From Minisyncoccota bacterium (GTDB lineage: Bacteria; Patescibacteriota; Minisyncoccia; Phycocordibacterales; GWA1-40-21): a stretch of 57,625 bases of DNA. The position numbers and the translations under genes are program-made. The number at the start of each line of letters is the position of its first letter. Within the stretch, counting starts at the first letter, position 1. This document shows, in pieces, positions 7,720 through 16,360 of the stretch. The notes beneath the pieces are model-generated. The model saw nothing but the letters and a program-made list of their open reading frames with translations. It ran no database searches and had not been told where the DNA came from. The DNA is taken from contig JBAZYH010000005.1 in the NCBI GenBank assembly GCA_041659365.1, forward strand, positions 1 to 57,625, read 5' to 3'.

Positions 7720-9683
7720 ATGAAAAACGTAAAGAATCACAAAGAAGAAAGTAGAAAAAATAAGATCCTAAAAGGTACAATAAAATCTGTTAGAGGAAAT
7801 ATTGCTAATTTTATATCTGATGAAGGAAACATCGAAGCTGAAATATCGACCAAACAACTCAATACTGCTATGTCTGGGGATAAAGTTGAGGTGGTCATTT
7901 CAAATAACCCTAGAAACGCCAAATACGATAATAAAGTATTAAAGGTTATTTTAAGACTAAAAAAGTCTTTTGTCGGAACAATAAGAATATCTGGTAATGA
8001 TACAGAAATACTTCCAGACGACAGAAAGATAAAAGCTATAATAAAAATATCTGGAGAATTACTCAAAATATAAAAAATAATGGGAAGGTTTTAGCTAAAA
8101 TTACAAAATGGAAAGTTCCACCAGAAGTTTCCGAAGGAGAGATAATTAAATATTTGGGTGAAAAAGGAGACAACTCAACTGAAATGCATTCTATTGCAAT
8201 AGATAAAGGTTTTGATATTGATTTTCCAGAAAAAGTTGTTGAAGAATCAAAAAAAGTTTTTGATACTAATAAACAGATTTCAAAAGAAGAGATATCAAAA
8301 AGAAGAGATATGAGAGACACTCTCACTTTTACAATAGATCCTAAGACTGCAAAAGATTTCGACGATGCAATATCTTTCAAAGAATTATCAAATGGTAATT
8401 TTGAGATAGGAGTTCATATCGCTGATGTATCACACTATGTTACAGAAAAAAGTGAGTTAGACAAAGAAGCTTATAAAAGAGGTTGCTCAGTATATCTACC
8501 AGACAGAACAATACCAATGCTTCCCTTCGAGCTTTCAGATAACCTTTGTAGTTTGAACGAAGGTGAAGAAAAACTTACTTTTTCTGCAATCTTTGAATTG
8601 GATAGTAAAGTAAAACTACATTCAAAATGGTTTGGTAAAACAATAATCAAATCTGCAAAAAGATTCTCATATGAAAGTGCTCAGGAGTTAATAGATTCAA
8701 AAAAAGGACAATATTTTGAAGAACTAGACACATTAAATAAACTTTCAAAAGTTCTAAGAAAGGAAAAATGGCAAAAAGGTGCTATAGATTTCGAACAGGA
8801 AGAAATTGCCTTTGAGCTTGATGAAAAAGGTAAGCCAATAAGAATATACAAAAAAGAAAGGCTAGATACTCATAAACTTGTTGAGGAATATATGCTACTA
8901 GCAAACAGAGAGGTTGCAGAGTTTGTATACAAAACAGAAAAAAAGACTGGTAAACTATTTCCCCTTCTATACAGAATTCATGATCTTCCAAACAGAGAAA
9001 AAATAGCCGAACTTTCAATTTTTGTAAAAGCTCTTGGTCATGAACTTACAATAGGAAAAAATGGAAGTATAACTGGTAAAGATATGCAGGCTCTTTTTGC
9101 TCAGGTAGAAGGAAAAGCAGAGGAAGCTCTTGTAAAGACAGCGGCTATAAGATCAATGGCAAAAGCTATTTATTCTGTAAAAAATATTGGACACTTTGGA
9201 CTTGCATTTGAATACTACGCCCACTTCACATCACCTATTAGAAGATATCCTGACCTTTTAGTTCACAGAATACTAGACAAAATACTTTCACATGGAAAAG
9301 TTGAAGATAAAAATTATGCCTTTTATGAAAACGCATCAAAACATAGTACTGAGCAAGAAATCAAAGCATCTGAAGCAGAGCGTGAGGGTAGAAAATATAA
9401 GCAAATAGAATTTATGATGGACAAAGTTGGTAAGACATTTGATGGACTTATCACTGGAGTTACCGAATGGGGTATCTATGCAGAGGATACAGAAACAAAA
9501 GCTGAGGGTATGATAAAACTAAGTTCCCTATCTGACGACTTCTATGTACTTGATCCTAAAAAATACGCGATCGTTGGACAGAAAAATAAAAAAGTTTATT
9601 CACTAGGTCAAAAAATAAAAATTAAACTTATAAATGCTGACTTGGATAGAAAGACGATGGATTATGAAGTGGTCGCGGAGTAA
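7720..9683 (+). CDS. rnr: Ribonuclease R (VacB), reading frame broken near 8065-8078
   Basis: Cold-shock-like N-terminal part in frame 1 (7720-8073). The RNB catalytic domain (DPKTAKDFDDAISF, HFTSPIRRYPDLLVHR) and S1 tail lie in frame 3, which is open from 8001. The two frames overlap in the A-rich tract CAAAATATAAAAAATAA. Confidence 0.85.
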
Positions 9684-9844
9684 ACACAGATATCGCGGAC
9701 AAGACGCGGACTTCTAACACAGACTTAACGCAGAAAAATAAAACAGATTCTGGATTCATGATTAAAGATTTATGAATAATACAAAGAGGGGTTTCGCTTC
9801 GTCCTAATAAACGGACAAGCAAAACCCCTCTTTGTATTATTGCA

Positions 9845-9975
9845 TGTCTTTGCGAGAAGGTACTCCAACAAAACAATCCAGCATTAATTAATAAATTCTG
9901 GATTGCTTCGCTATGCTCGCAAAGACAATTCTTATACAAATATAATACTGGATTCCCGTCTACACGGGAATGACA
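9845..9975. repeat. Cluster of type A (rc), type A and type B repeats
   Basis: Copies at 9845-9881 rc, 9898-9927 and 9948-9975. Preceded by a long hairpin at 9778-9840. Confidence 0.85.
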
Positions 9976-9978
9976 ATA

Positions 9979-10012
9979 CAAAAAAAATAACCCCACGTAT
10001 CGCTACGCGGGG
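9979..10012 (-). terminator. Rho-independent terminator of the 10062-10535 gene
   Basis: CCCCGCGTA-GCGA-TACGTGGGG followed by a long T run on the minus strand. Confidence 0.75.
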
Positions 10013-10061
10013 CTGAATAGAGTTTGTACGTATCTATTTCAAATACGTTGGTCAAAGACCG

Positions 10062-10535
10062 TTAAACCAAATAAACCTGCTCAATCTTTTTGTTCATAGC
10101 CAGTAAGTCCTTCAACCCTTGATCACTATTTACAACTAAAGTAACAACGGCATAATCATCACCAAAATGTCTCACATTAGTTATGCAGGCAAAAAGAGTC
10201 GTGTTTGAATCATTACCTGAAACACTGATAAAAAAGTCGACAGCCTGACGAACCGAAGTATCACGTAAATACTTAGCCAAATCTTTAAAAGCCGACTTAG
10301 CCAGAAAATCGACGTTCTCGAAATCTTTATCTTCGCCACCACCATTGCTACAGTAGGTATGAAGCTTCTGAAGAAACTCCACAGAAAAATCAACTTTCCA
10401 CGCAATCAGATCCTTAATCCTTTCATACATTTTTACAACAGCCGTTGCTGTCAAATCATTCAACTCACGACAAGAAAGAACCAAATACAAAAATTTATAA
10501 AATGAAATCACATTCTGAATAATAATCTTGTCCAT
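10062..10535 (-). CDS. Hypothetical protein
   Basis: 157-aa ORF with no motif I recognise. GAGGGAG lies 7 nt before the ATG and the gene has its own terminator. Confidence 0.55.
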   Translation of the reverse strand: MDKIIIQNVISFYKFLYLVLSCRELNDLTATAVVKMYERIKDLIAWKVDFSVEFLQKLHTYCSNGGGEDKDFENVDFLAKSAFKDLAKYLRDTSVRQAVDFFISVSGNDSNTTLFACITNVRHFGDDYAVVTLVVNSDQGLKDLLAMNKKIEQVYLV

Positions 10536-10616
10536 CTAATACTCCCTCGGCGGTAACGTTATCGCCATACGTGTATTTTTTAAAACGATTTACAAACGTT
10601 TACTATTTCTACTACC

Positions 10617-10763
10617 AAGTAGCTATAGCCAAAAAAATTCAATTCCTGTCATCCTCGCGAATGCGGGGATCCAGATTAAACTAATTAAAAATAAATTAAT
10701 ACTAGATTCCCGTCTACACGGGAATGACAATACAAAATCAAAACCTTTTGGCTATAGCCACTT
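10617..10763. mobile_element. MITE-like composite element
   Basis: 18-bp terminal inverted repeats AAGTAGCTATAGCCAAAA (10617-10634) and TTTTGGCTATAGCCACTT (10746-10763) match at 17 of 18 positions. They enclose two type B hairpins (10647-10674 rc, 10702-10729). No ORF. Confidence 0.55.
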
Positions 10764-10820
10764 CTTTTTTAAAAGAACTAACTTTTCATATAAAACCATA
10801 CCACATATAAATAATAAAGT

Positions 10821-10857
10821 AAATAAAACCGCCCGACACTTTATGTGTGGGCGGGTT
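10821..10857 (-). terminator. Rho-independent terminator of the 10884-11549 gene
   Basis: CCCGCCCACAC-ATAAA-GTGTCGGGCGG followed by a T-rich run on the minus strand. Confidence 0.7.
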
Positions 10858-10883
10858 CATCTAGCCTAAGATTCTCCTTTCTT

Positions 10884-11549
10884 TTAGCTAGCTCGAACTT
10901 TTGCGTTCAAGATGCTTTCGGGAAGTTTGTCGAGAAAATCATGAAATTTACTGAAATTAACAAAATGCATTATCCTTCCAAGAACATTCATGTTCTTGGA
11001 AGCACGCATGTCTGTTCTTTCTGTGTCATGTTCTACCGCCAAAGCCAAAAGAAAAGGAAGATCTTTCTTTCCCCTTTCTTTAAATTGAAGATACCCAGAC
11101 TCACAAATAATATTAAACATAATCGCACTGGCAGACACAACGTGACTACCAAAAATAACTATGTTTTTATCATGAGAATGAACAACTTCGTCTTCGACGT
11201 TACCAATAATCACCGAAGGCTTAATGTTTGACACTACGATCCCAGATTCGCCAACGAAATCAATAAAGATACTTTTTCCATCTCCCTTGAACTCTGTAAC
11301 TGATTTCATCCTCTTGCAAGGAAGTCGAAAGTGTTTACAAACATTTGATATCAAGGACTCATCCATATCGCCTTGATAAAAAATATTGATATAACGGACA
11401 CTACCAGGAATACAATGGATATAATATTTAATTGCAAATGCTGCCACGAGACTATCTAAGTCCAAGTGACAAATCACAATATTAATAGGACCCCTAAAAG
11501 AAAGGATCATATCTTCTAACTTTTCGACGAGTCTTCTGAAGTGTGCCAT
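10884..11549 (-). CDS. Stand-alone DHH-domain-like phosphoesterase (degenerate motifs, no DHHA1 domain)
   Basis: 221 aa. ICHLDLDSLVAAFAI resembles DHH motif I and FIDFVG motif II. VVHSHDKN sits in place of the DHH motif. A GSHVVSASAIMF helix follows. A perfect AAGGAGG lies 6-7 nt before the ATG. Confidence 0.4.
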   Translation of the reverse strand: MAHFRRLVEKLEDMILSFRGPINIVICHLDLDSLVAAFAIKYYIHCIPGSVRYINIFYQGDMDESLISNVCKHFRLPCKRMKSVTEFKGDGKSIFIDFVGESGIVVSNIKPSVIIGNVEDEVVHSHDKNIVIFGSHVVSASAIMFNIICESGYLQFKERGKKDLPFLLALAVEHDTERTDMRASKNMNVLGRIMHFVNFSKFHDFLDKLPESILNAKVRAS

Positions 11550-11654
11550 TTAAGGCCTCCTTTTTGTTGTGAACAGTTTCTTTAGGCTAGATTACCTAAA
11601 CCTTTATTACATTAACACATTTATTTAATATTAGCAAACTTTTTCGTCCCCGTC

Positions 11655-11786
11655 TGTCTTTGCGAGAGTGTAATCACTCGTGGCAATCCAGGTTTAATTT
11701 AATTTTTTAATAAATATTGGATTCCCGCCTACGCGGGAATAACATACAATCTTAACCTGGATTACTACGCTTTGCTCGTAATGACA
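11655..11786. repeat. Cluster of type A (rc), type B and type A repeats
   Basis: Copies at 11655-11691 rc, 11717-11744 and 11757-11786. Confidence 0.85.
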
Positions 11787-11795
11787 ATACAGATA

Positions 11796-11841
11796 CAAAA
11801 AACAAGGAGACACCTTTTTGAATTCTTAAGGTCTCACCTTG
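11796..11841 (-). terminator. Terminator downstream of smc
   Basis: CAAGGTGAGACC...GGTGTCTCCTTG (10 of 12 bp) followed by TTTTTT on the minus strand. Confidence 0.6.
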
Positions 11842-11902
11842 TTTTAAAAATTCTTTTTTGTATTTTATTATACCGTATATTTATATACCAAATACTATAT
11901 AC

Positions 11903-14191
11903 TCATTTAGCCACCTGTACCGCTTCCTCAAACTGTATAGAAAGCAATCTCGATACCCCATCCGCTCCCATAGTCACACCGTAGATTATTCCGGCACGAG
12001 CCATAGTCTCTCTATTGTGGGTAATAAGTATAAGTTGAGAATATTTTGAAAGCTCTGCAATCATATCTCCATATTTCTTTGAATTTGCCTCATCAAGTGC
12101 TGCATCTGTTTCATCAAGAATAATAAATGGTGGTGGATTAACCTGAGATATAGCAAAAATGAGAGCTATAGAAGTAAGTGCTCTTTCTCCACCTGAGAGC
12201 ATCATAAGTCCTTTTATTTTCTTCTTTGGAAGATTGACCTCAATATCAAGTCCTTCTTCTTGATCTTCCTCTTCAGGAGCTAACTCTTCCCCACTTTCTG
12301 AAACAATTGATAAATCTGTATCAGATTTCTTCCTCTTCTTTTCTTTTACAATAGACAAAGAGGCCGATCCCCCGCCAAACATTGCAGAGAAAAATTGTTG
12401 AAATTGGATATTTATCTTTGTAACACCATTTCTAAATTCGGTTGTAAGTTTCTCATCGAGCTCTTTTATTAAAATTTTCAAAGACTCCGAGGATTTTATA
12501 AGATCCTCAAGCTCGCGCGCTAAAAATTCATCCCTTTCGGTAGTCTCTTTAAATTCTTTTACTACTTCATCTCCACCAGCAACACCAGCGTCTTCAAGGC
12601 GAATTTTTATCTTTTCCATTACACGTCTTTTTTCTTCCTGAACTGACCTTGGATCATTTACAACTTGTTCAAAAGTAAGAGCTTGTCCATCTATACCTAT
12701 TGGCCAATAATCTCTATATCGAAGTGCTAGGACCCCCACAAGAATAGAAGCCTCCTGAAGCTCTCTCTTAAATTCTTCTTCATCATGTCTTATTCTTGAT
12801 TCCCTGCTTTCAAGCATAGAAAGCTTACCTCTAATATCATTCTGCTCGGCAACAATTCTAAACATAGATTTTTCTGCATCTCTATTTGAATCTCTTTCCT
12901 TTTCTATTTCATTCTTTAAGAATGTATATTGTTCGAGAAGTTCATCCTCTAGCCTTTGTGCTTCAGAGATTTTTACTTCGTAACTTTTCTTTTCAACTTC
13001 AAGATTTTTTATTTCCGCCTCAAGGTCATTTATAGCCTGTCTGTCTTCAGTTTCCTTATTTGTATCAATAAAATTCTTAAGTATTTTTCTTATATTTTCA
13101 AAAATATTTTTTATATTTGAAATATCAATATTATTCCATACAGACTCTATCTCTAGGTCTATTTGTTTAGAAATACTCTCTACTTGGTTTAATTCAACAG
13201 TTTTCTTTGATGATGCAGAATTAACTTCCTCTTGCTTTTTAATCATTCTAAACATAGAAGAAATCTCTCCTTCAATACGTCCAATACTTCGAGCTAAAGT
13301 ATCTTTATTAGTTCTTACTTCTTTAAGCTCTCCCTCTACTTTCATTACTTCTTCACTTTTTTGATCTTTAGAAGTGGACTTCGCAATAACTTCTCTTGCA
13401 TAAGTTAATTCTTTTTCTAACTTTTGTGATTCTTCTATTAATGGTTGTTTTAGAGAACCAACAGTTTTCTTTTCATGATTTATATATTCTTCCTCACGTT
13501 TAAAATAATCATGATACATCTTTGTAAGTTCTTCTTTCATCTCAGCCATCTTCTCGATCTTTTCTACTTGTTTTTTAAGAAAACGAATATGCGGAGCGAT
13601 CTCTCTTCTTAGAGATTCCACTTGCTGAATATTTTCTTCTGTCTTGTCGAGCCTTCGAACACTTTCTTCCTTCTTGTATTGATAAAGTTTAAGTCCAAGA
13701 GCATCTTCTACCATCTCTCTTCTCTCTCTTATATTTGAATTCAAAACTTTATCAGCCTCACCCTGAGAGATTATTTGGTGACCAGAAGAACCGATATGTG
13801 CAGAAGATAAAAGTTCTATAATATCTTTAAGTCGAACAGGACTATTATTTATGAGGTACTCACTTGAAGAATCACGGTTTACTACACGTTCAATGGAAAC
13901 TTCATCAAAATCAATATTGAGTATTCTTTGAACATTATTAAAAACAAGCTTAACAGAAGCACGATTCGAACGTGGGGCGTCCTTTCCACCATTAAAAATA
14001 AGATCCTCAGCTCTTTTGCCTCTCAAAGATTTTATAGATTGTTCACCAAGAACGAAACGAAAAGCTTCAGCAACGTTGGACTTACCAGAACCATTTGGAC
14101 CAACAATAGAAGAAATCGGCGTATTAAAATCTAGTTGGGCTTTTTTACCAAATGATTTAAAACCTGAGATTTCGATACTTTTGAGATACAT
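11903..14191 (-). CDS. smc: SMC-family chromosome segregation ATPase, short form without a recognisable hinge
   Basis: MYLKSIEISGFKSF start, Walker A GPNGSGKS, signature LSGGE and Walker B ILDETDAALD. About 762 aa. The track ORF start at 14266 is read-through of a type A repeat. Confidence 0.85.
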   Translation of the reverse strand: MYLKSIEISGFKSFGKKAQLDFNTPISSIVGPNGSGKSNVAEAFRFVLGEQSIKSLRGKRAEDLIFNGGKDAPRSNRASVKLVFNNVQRILNIDFDEVSIERVVNRDSSSEYLINNSPVRLKDIIELLSSAHIGSSGHQIISQGEADKVLNSNIRERREMVEDALGLKLYQYKKEESVRRLDKTEENIQQVESLRREIAPHIRFLKKQVEKIEKMAEMKEELTKMYHDYFKREEEYINHEKKTVGSLKQPLIEESQKLEKELTYAREVIAKSTSKDQKSEEVMKVEGELKEVRTNKDTLARSIGRIEGEISSMFRMIKKQEEVNSASSKKTVELNQVESISKQIDLEIESVWNNIDISNIKNIFENIRKILKNFIDTNKETEDRQAINDLEAEIKNLEVEKKSYEVKISEAQRLEDELLEQYTFLKNEIEKERDSNRDAEKSMFRIVAEQNDIRGKLSMLESRESRIRHDEEEFKRELQEASILVGVLALRYRDYWPIGIDGQALTFEQVVNDPRSVQEEKRRVMEKIKIRLEDAGVAGGDEVVKEFKETTERDEFLARELEDLIKSSESLKILIKELDEKLTTEFRNGVTKINIQFQQFFSAMFGGGSASLSIVKEKKRKKSDTDLSIVSESGEELAPEEEDQEEGLDIEVNLPKKKIKGLMMLSGGERALTSIALIFAISQVNPPPFIILDETDAALDEANSKKYGDMIAELSKYSQLILITHNRETMARAGIIYGVTMGADGVSRLLSIQFEEAVQVAK

Positions 14192-14234
14192 TAATAGTAT
14201 TCTAACAAAATTCTGAAAGATTAAAAGTGAAATA

Positions 14235-14333
14235 CTGGATTGCTTCGTCGGAATACCTCCTCGCAAAGACAGAGGGGAAATTTGCGAAGCAAATTTCCCC
14301 TCTGTCTTTGCGAGTGTTAACGAAGCAATCCAG
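14235..14333. repeat. Head-to-head type A pair enclosing a GC hairpin (99-nt imperfect palindrome)
   Basis: Type A copies at 14235-14271 and 14303-14333 rc. The centre is AGAGGGGAAATTTGC-GAA-GCAAATTTCCCCTCT. Confidence 0.9.
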
Positions 14334-14344
14334 GTTAAATGAAT

Positions 14345-14895
14345 TACCCACGCCCTTACGGGACGGGGTATCTGGGCTCAGTCAAATAGCTTTGCTGTTT
14401 GACCCGCATCTAGTTCGCCTTGATTTTCAATATAACGTTTAATGGTCTCTGTGGTAACACCGATGGTTGATACGAAGTATCCATCCGACCAAATTCCTTC
14501 TGTACCCCAGTATTTTTTCTTGAGCACGGGAAACTTATCTTTAATACCACGCGAAGTGTTTGCTTTGAGGAGGCCGATTACTCTACCAACAGGCATTTGT
14601 GGTGGTATGGATATTAGAATATGAATATGGTCTATGTCATGATTGGCCTCCTTTATATAAATTTTTGGATAGTATGTGGTTACTTCAACCAGTTTCCCGT
14701 AAATGTATTTCCAAAGTTCTGGTGTGATAATTGGGTATCTGTATTTGGTCGGATATACTATGTGGTAATCACATAGATATACGCAATGACTATCCCTTCT
14801 ATACTCCTGTGGCTTGATCATACCTTCATCATATCATGACGAGGCGAACTAAATGCGGAAACTCACTACATCCCTCGGGCTTACGCCACGGGGAA
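14345..14895 (-). mobile_element. IS200/IS605-family element carrying tnpA only
   Basis: A Y1 transposase gene is flanked by two similar imperfect subterminal hairpins, CCCACGCCC-TTAC-GGGACGGGG (14347-14368) and CCCTCGGGC-TTAC-GCCACGGGG (14872-14893). A 17-bp inverted repeat lies at 14404-14420 and 14842-14858 (16 of 17). Exact ends were not determined. Confidence 0.75.
14378..14821 (-). CDS. tnpA: IS200/IS605-family Y1 (HUH) transposase TnpA
   Basis: 147 aa with the HUH motif in DHIHILISIP and the catalytic Tyr region GYFVSTIG. Confidence 0.9.
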   Translation of the reverse strand: MIKPQEYRRDSHCVYLCDYHIVYPTKYRYPIITPELWKYIYGKLVEVTTYYPKIYIKEANHDIDHIHILISIPPQMPVGRVIGLLKANTSRGIKDKFPVLKKKYWGTEGIWSDGYFVSTIGVTTETIKRYIENQGELDAGQTAKLFD

Positions 14896-14949
14896 TTTTC
14901 GTGGATTAAACTAAAAAACTTATCGATACATATCGATAAGTTTTTTTAG

Positions 14950-15924
14950 TTATTTTTTCTCTCTTAAAATCTTAATTAAATCATCTTTCAACCTCTTCAT
15001 AGATTCATTATCATAAACAGTTGCAGTCAAAACATTTTTATTTAATTTCTCAACTTTTTTCAAAGCAGAAACAACTTTCTTTTCATCTACTAAATCAGTC
15101 TTTGTAAGAATAATAACCTCTTTCTTTTCTGCGAGCTCTTCACTGTAATCTTTTAATTCTTTTCTAATGACTTTATATGCTTTTACAACATCTTCATTTT
15201 CTAAAGAGATACAATGTAAAAGAACTTTTGTTCTCTTAATATGTCTAAGAAATTTATGCCCCAACCCCTTACCTTCTGATGCACCCTCTATGAGACCCGG
15301 AATATCTGCAAGTATAAAACCATACATATCTCCAAGTGCTGGTTCAAGCGTAGTAAACTGATATGCACCAACTTTTGATCTTGAATTTGTAAGTTCGTTT
15401 ATCAAACTAGATTTACCAGCATTTGGAAGGCCTATAAGTCCGGCATCAGCAACAAGCTCAAGTTCTATATAAAAATCTGCTTCTTCACCACTCTTACCAT
15501 CAGTTTGTTGCTCTGGTGCCCTATTAGTAGATGATTTAAAATATTCGTTTCCAAGTCCACCCTTACCGCCGTTTAATATTTTAATCTCTTTTTCATCTTC
15601 GATAAGGTTAAATACTTCTCTGGTTTCAAGATTTGTAACAATAGAACCAATAGGTAAATCTATTAATAAATCTTCCCCATTTTTACCATGCATACTTTTC
15701 TTCATACCACTCTCACCCTTTTCTGCAGAGAATTCTTTAGTATTTTTATATCTCTCTAATATACCAACATCTCTTATGGCTCTAACGTATACATCACCAC
15801 CTTTACCACCATTTCCACCAGCAGGACCAGCTCTCTCTATACCCTTTTCGTGTCTCCAGCGGACAACTCCTTCACCACCACTTCCTGCCTTAATGTGTAT
15901 TTTTAATTCATCTATAAATGCCAT
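14950..15924 (-). CDS. obg: GTPase Obg
   Basis: Gly-rich Obg fold (GSGGEGVV, GGNGGKGGDV), G1 GLPNAGKS and G3 DIPG. Confidence 0.92.
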   Translation of the reverse strand: MAFIDELKIHIKAGSGGEGVVRWRHEKGIERAGPAGGNGGKGGDVYVRAIRDVGILERYKNTKEFSAEKGESGMKKSMHGKNGEDLLIDLPIGSIVTNLETREVFNLIEDEKEIKILNGGKGGLGNEYFKSSTNRAPEQQTDGKSGEEADFYIELELVADAGLIGLPNAGKSSLINELTNSRSKVGAYQFTTLEPALGDMYGFILADIPGLIEGASEGKGLGHKFLRHIKRTKVLLHCISLENEDVVKAYKVIRKELKDYSEELAEKKEVIILTKTDLVDEKKVVSALKKVEKLNKNVLTATVYDNESMKRLKDDLIKILREKK

Positions 15925-15935
15925 ATAATTAGTTA

Positions 15936-16360
15936 AAAGTTAAAAGTGTAAAGTAAAAAGATTATAGAGATTTTATAAGACCTGATAAAATTTTTGATGT
16001 CTCTATAGACAACTTACTTAATTCTTCACACTCAATACTGCTAATATAACCTAAGTCAACACTTAAATAAAGCATTGATCTAACTTCACCACAAGAACCT
16101 TTAGCTATGAACAAAAAATGGGTGAATTCTTTTTGAGTCCTTCTTTCAAAACCTTCTGCAATATTATTCATAACAGAAACACAAGCCCTTTCAATCTGAT
16201 TTTTAAAAGATAAATCCCTACACCCTTTCATCTTTTTATAAATAGATAAAGTCAATTCTTTAGACTTTTTCCAAGCAATAATATCTTCAAACTTTTCTAT
16301 GCCAACCTTTTTAATATTTTCTTTATACAATTTTTCTTTTTACTTTACACTTTTAACTTT
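15936..16360. repeat. Cassette bracketed by a perfect 25-bp inverted repeat
   Basis: AAAGTTAAAAGTGTAAAGTAAAAAG at 15936-15960 is the exact reverse complement of 16336-16360. The arms enclose only the four-helix-bundle gene. Confidence 0.9.
15962..16330 (-). CDS. Four-helix-bundle protein (23S rRNA intervening-sequence protein / Avd-like family)
   Basis: 122 aa with the family pattern NNIAEGFERRTQKEFTHFLFIAKGSCGEVRSML. Confidence 0.8.
   Translation of the reverse strand: MYKENIKKVGIEKFEDIIAWKKSKELTLSIYKKMKGCRDLSFKNQIERACVSVMNNIAEGFERRTQKEFTHFLFIAKGSCGEVRSMLYLSVDLGYISSIECEELSKLSIETSKILSGLIKSL

Noticed and set aside
7595-7780. N-terminal extensions of track ORFs: rpsP to 7780, gpmI to 19433, secA to 24549, smc to 14266, trmD to 6319, ParB-like to 22064, ATPase to 47993.
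   Set aside because: The conserved N-termini start at internal methionines. The extensions are hydrophobic or low-complexity read-through of promoter or repeat DNA, or they overlap the preceding gene.
8060-8080. Programmed -1 ribosomal frameshift in rnr.
   Set aside because: No X XXY YYZ slippery heptamer precedes the frame-1 stop, and the A6 run lies after the stop. A one-base indel in an A run is the simpler explanation.
9628-9996. 122-aa ORF from the track. Similar cases are 2038-2295 at full length, 14227-14442, 26398-26646 and 2095-2325.
   Set aside because: They are translations of type A/B repeats and hairpins (peptides such as SQRQ..., CLCEHSEAIQ). They have no start context and lie in obviously non-coding repeat clusters.
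15962-16330. Diversity-generating retroelement, because the four-helix-bundle protein is Avd-like.
   Set aside because: I found no reverse transcriptase gene and no template/variable repeat pair in the window.
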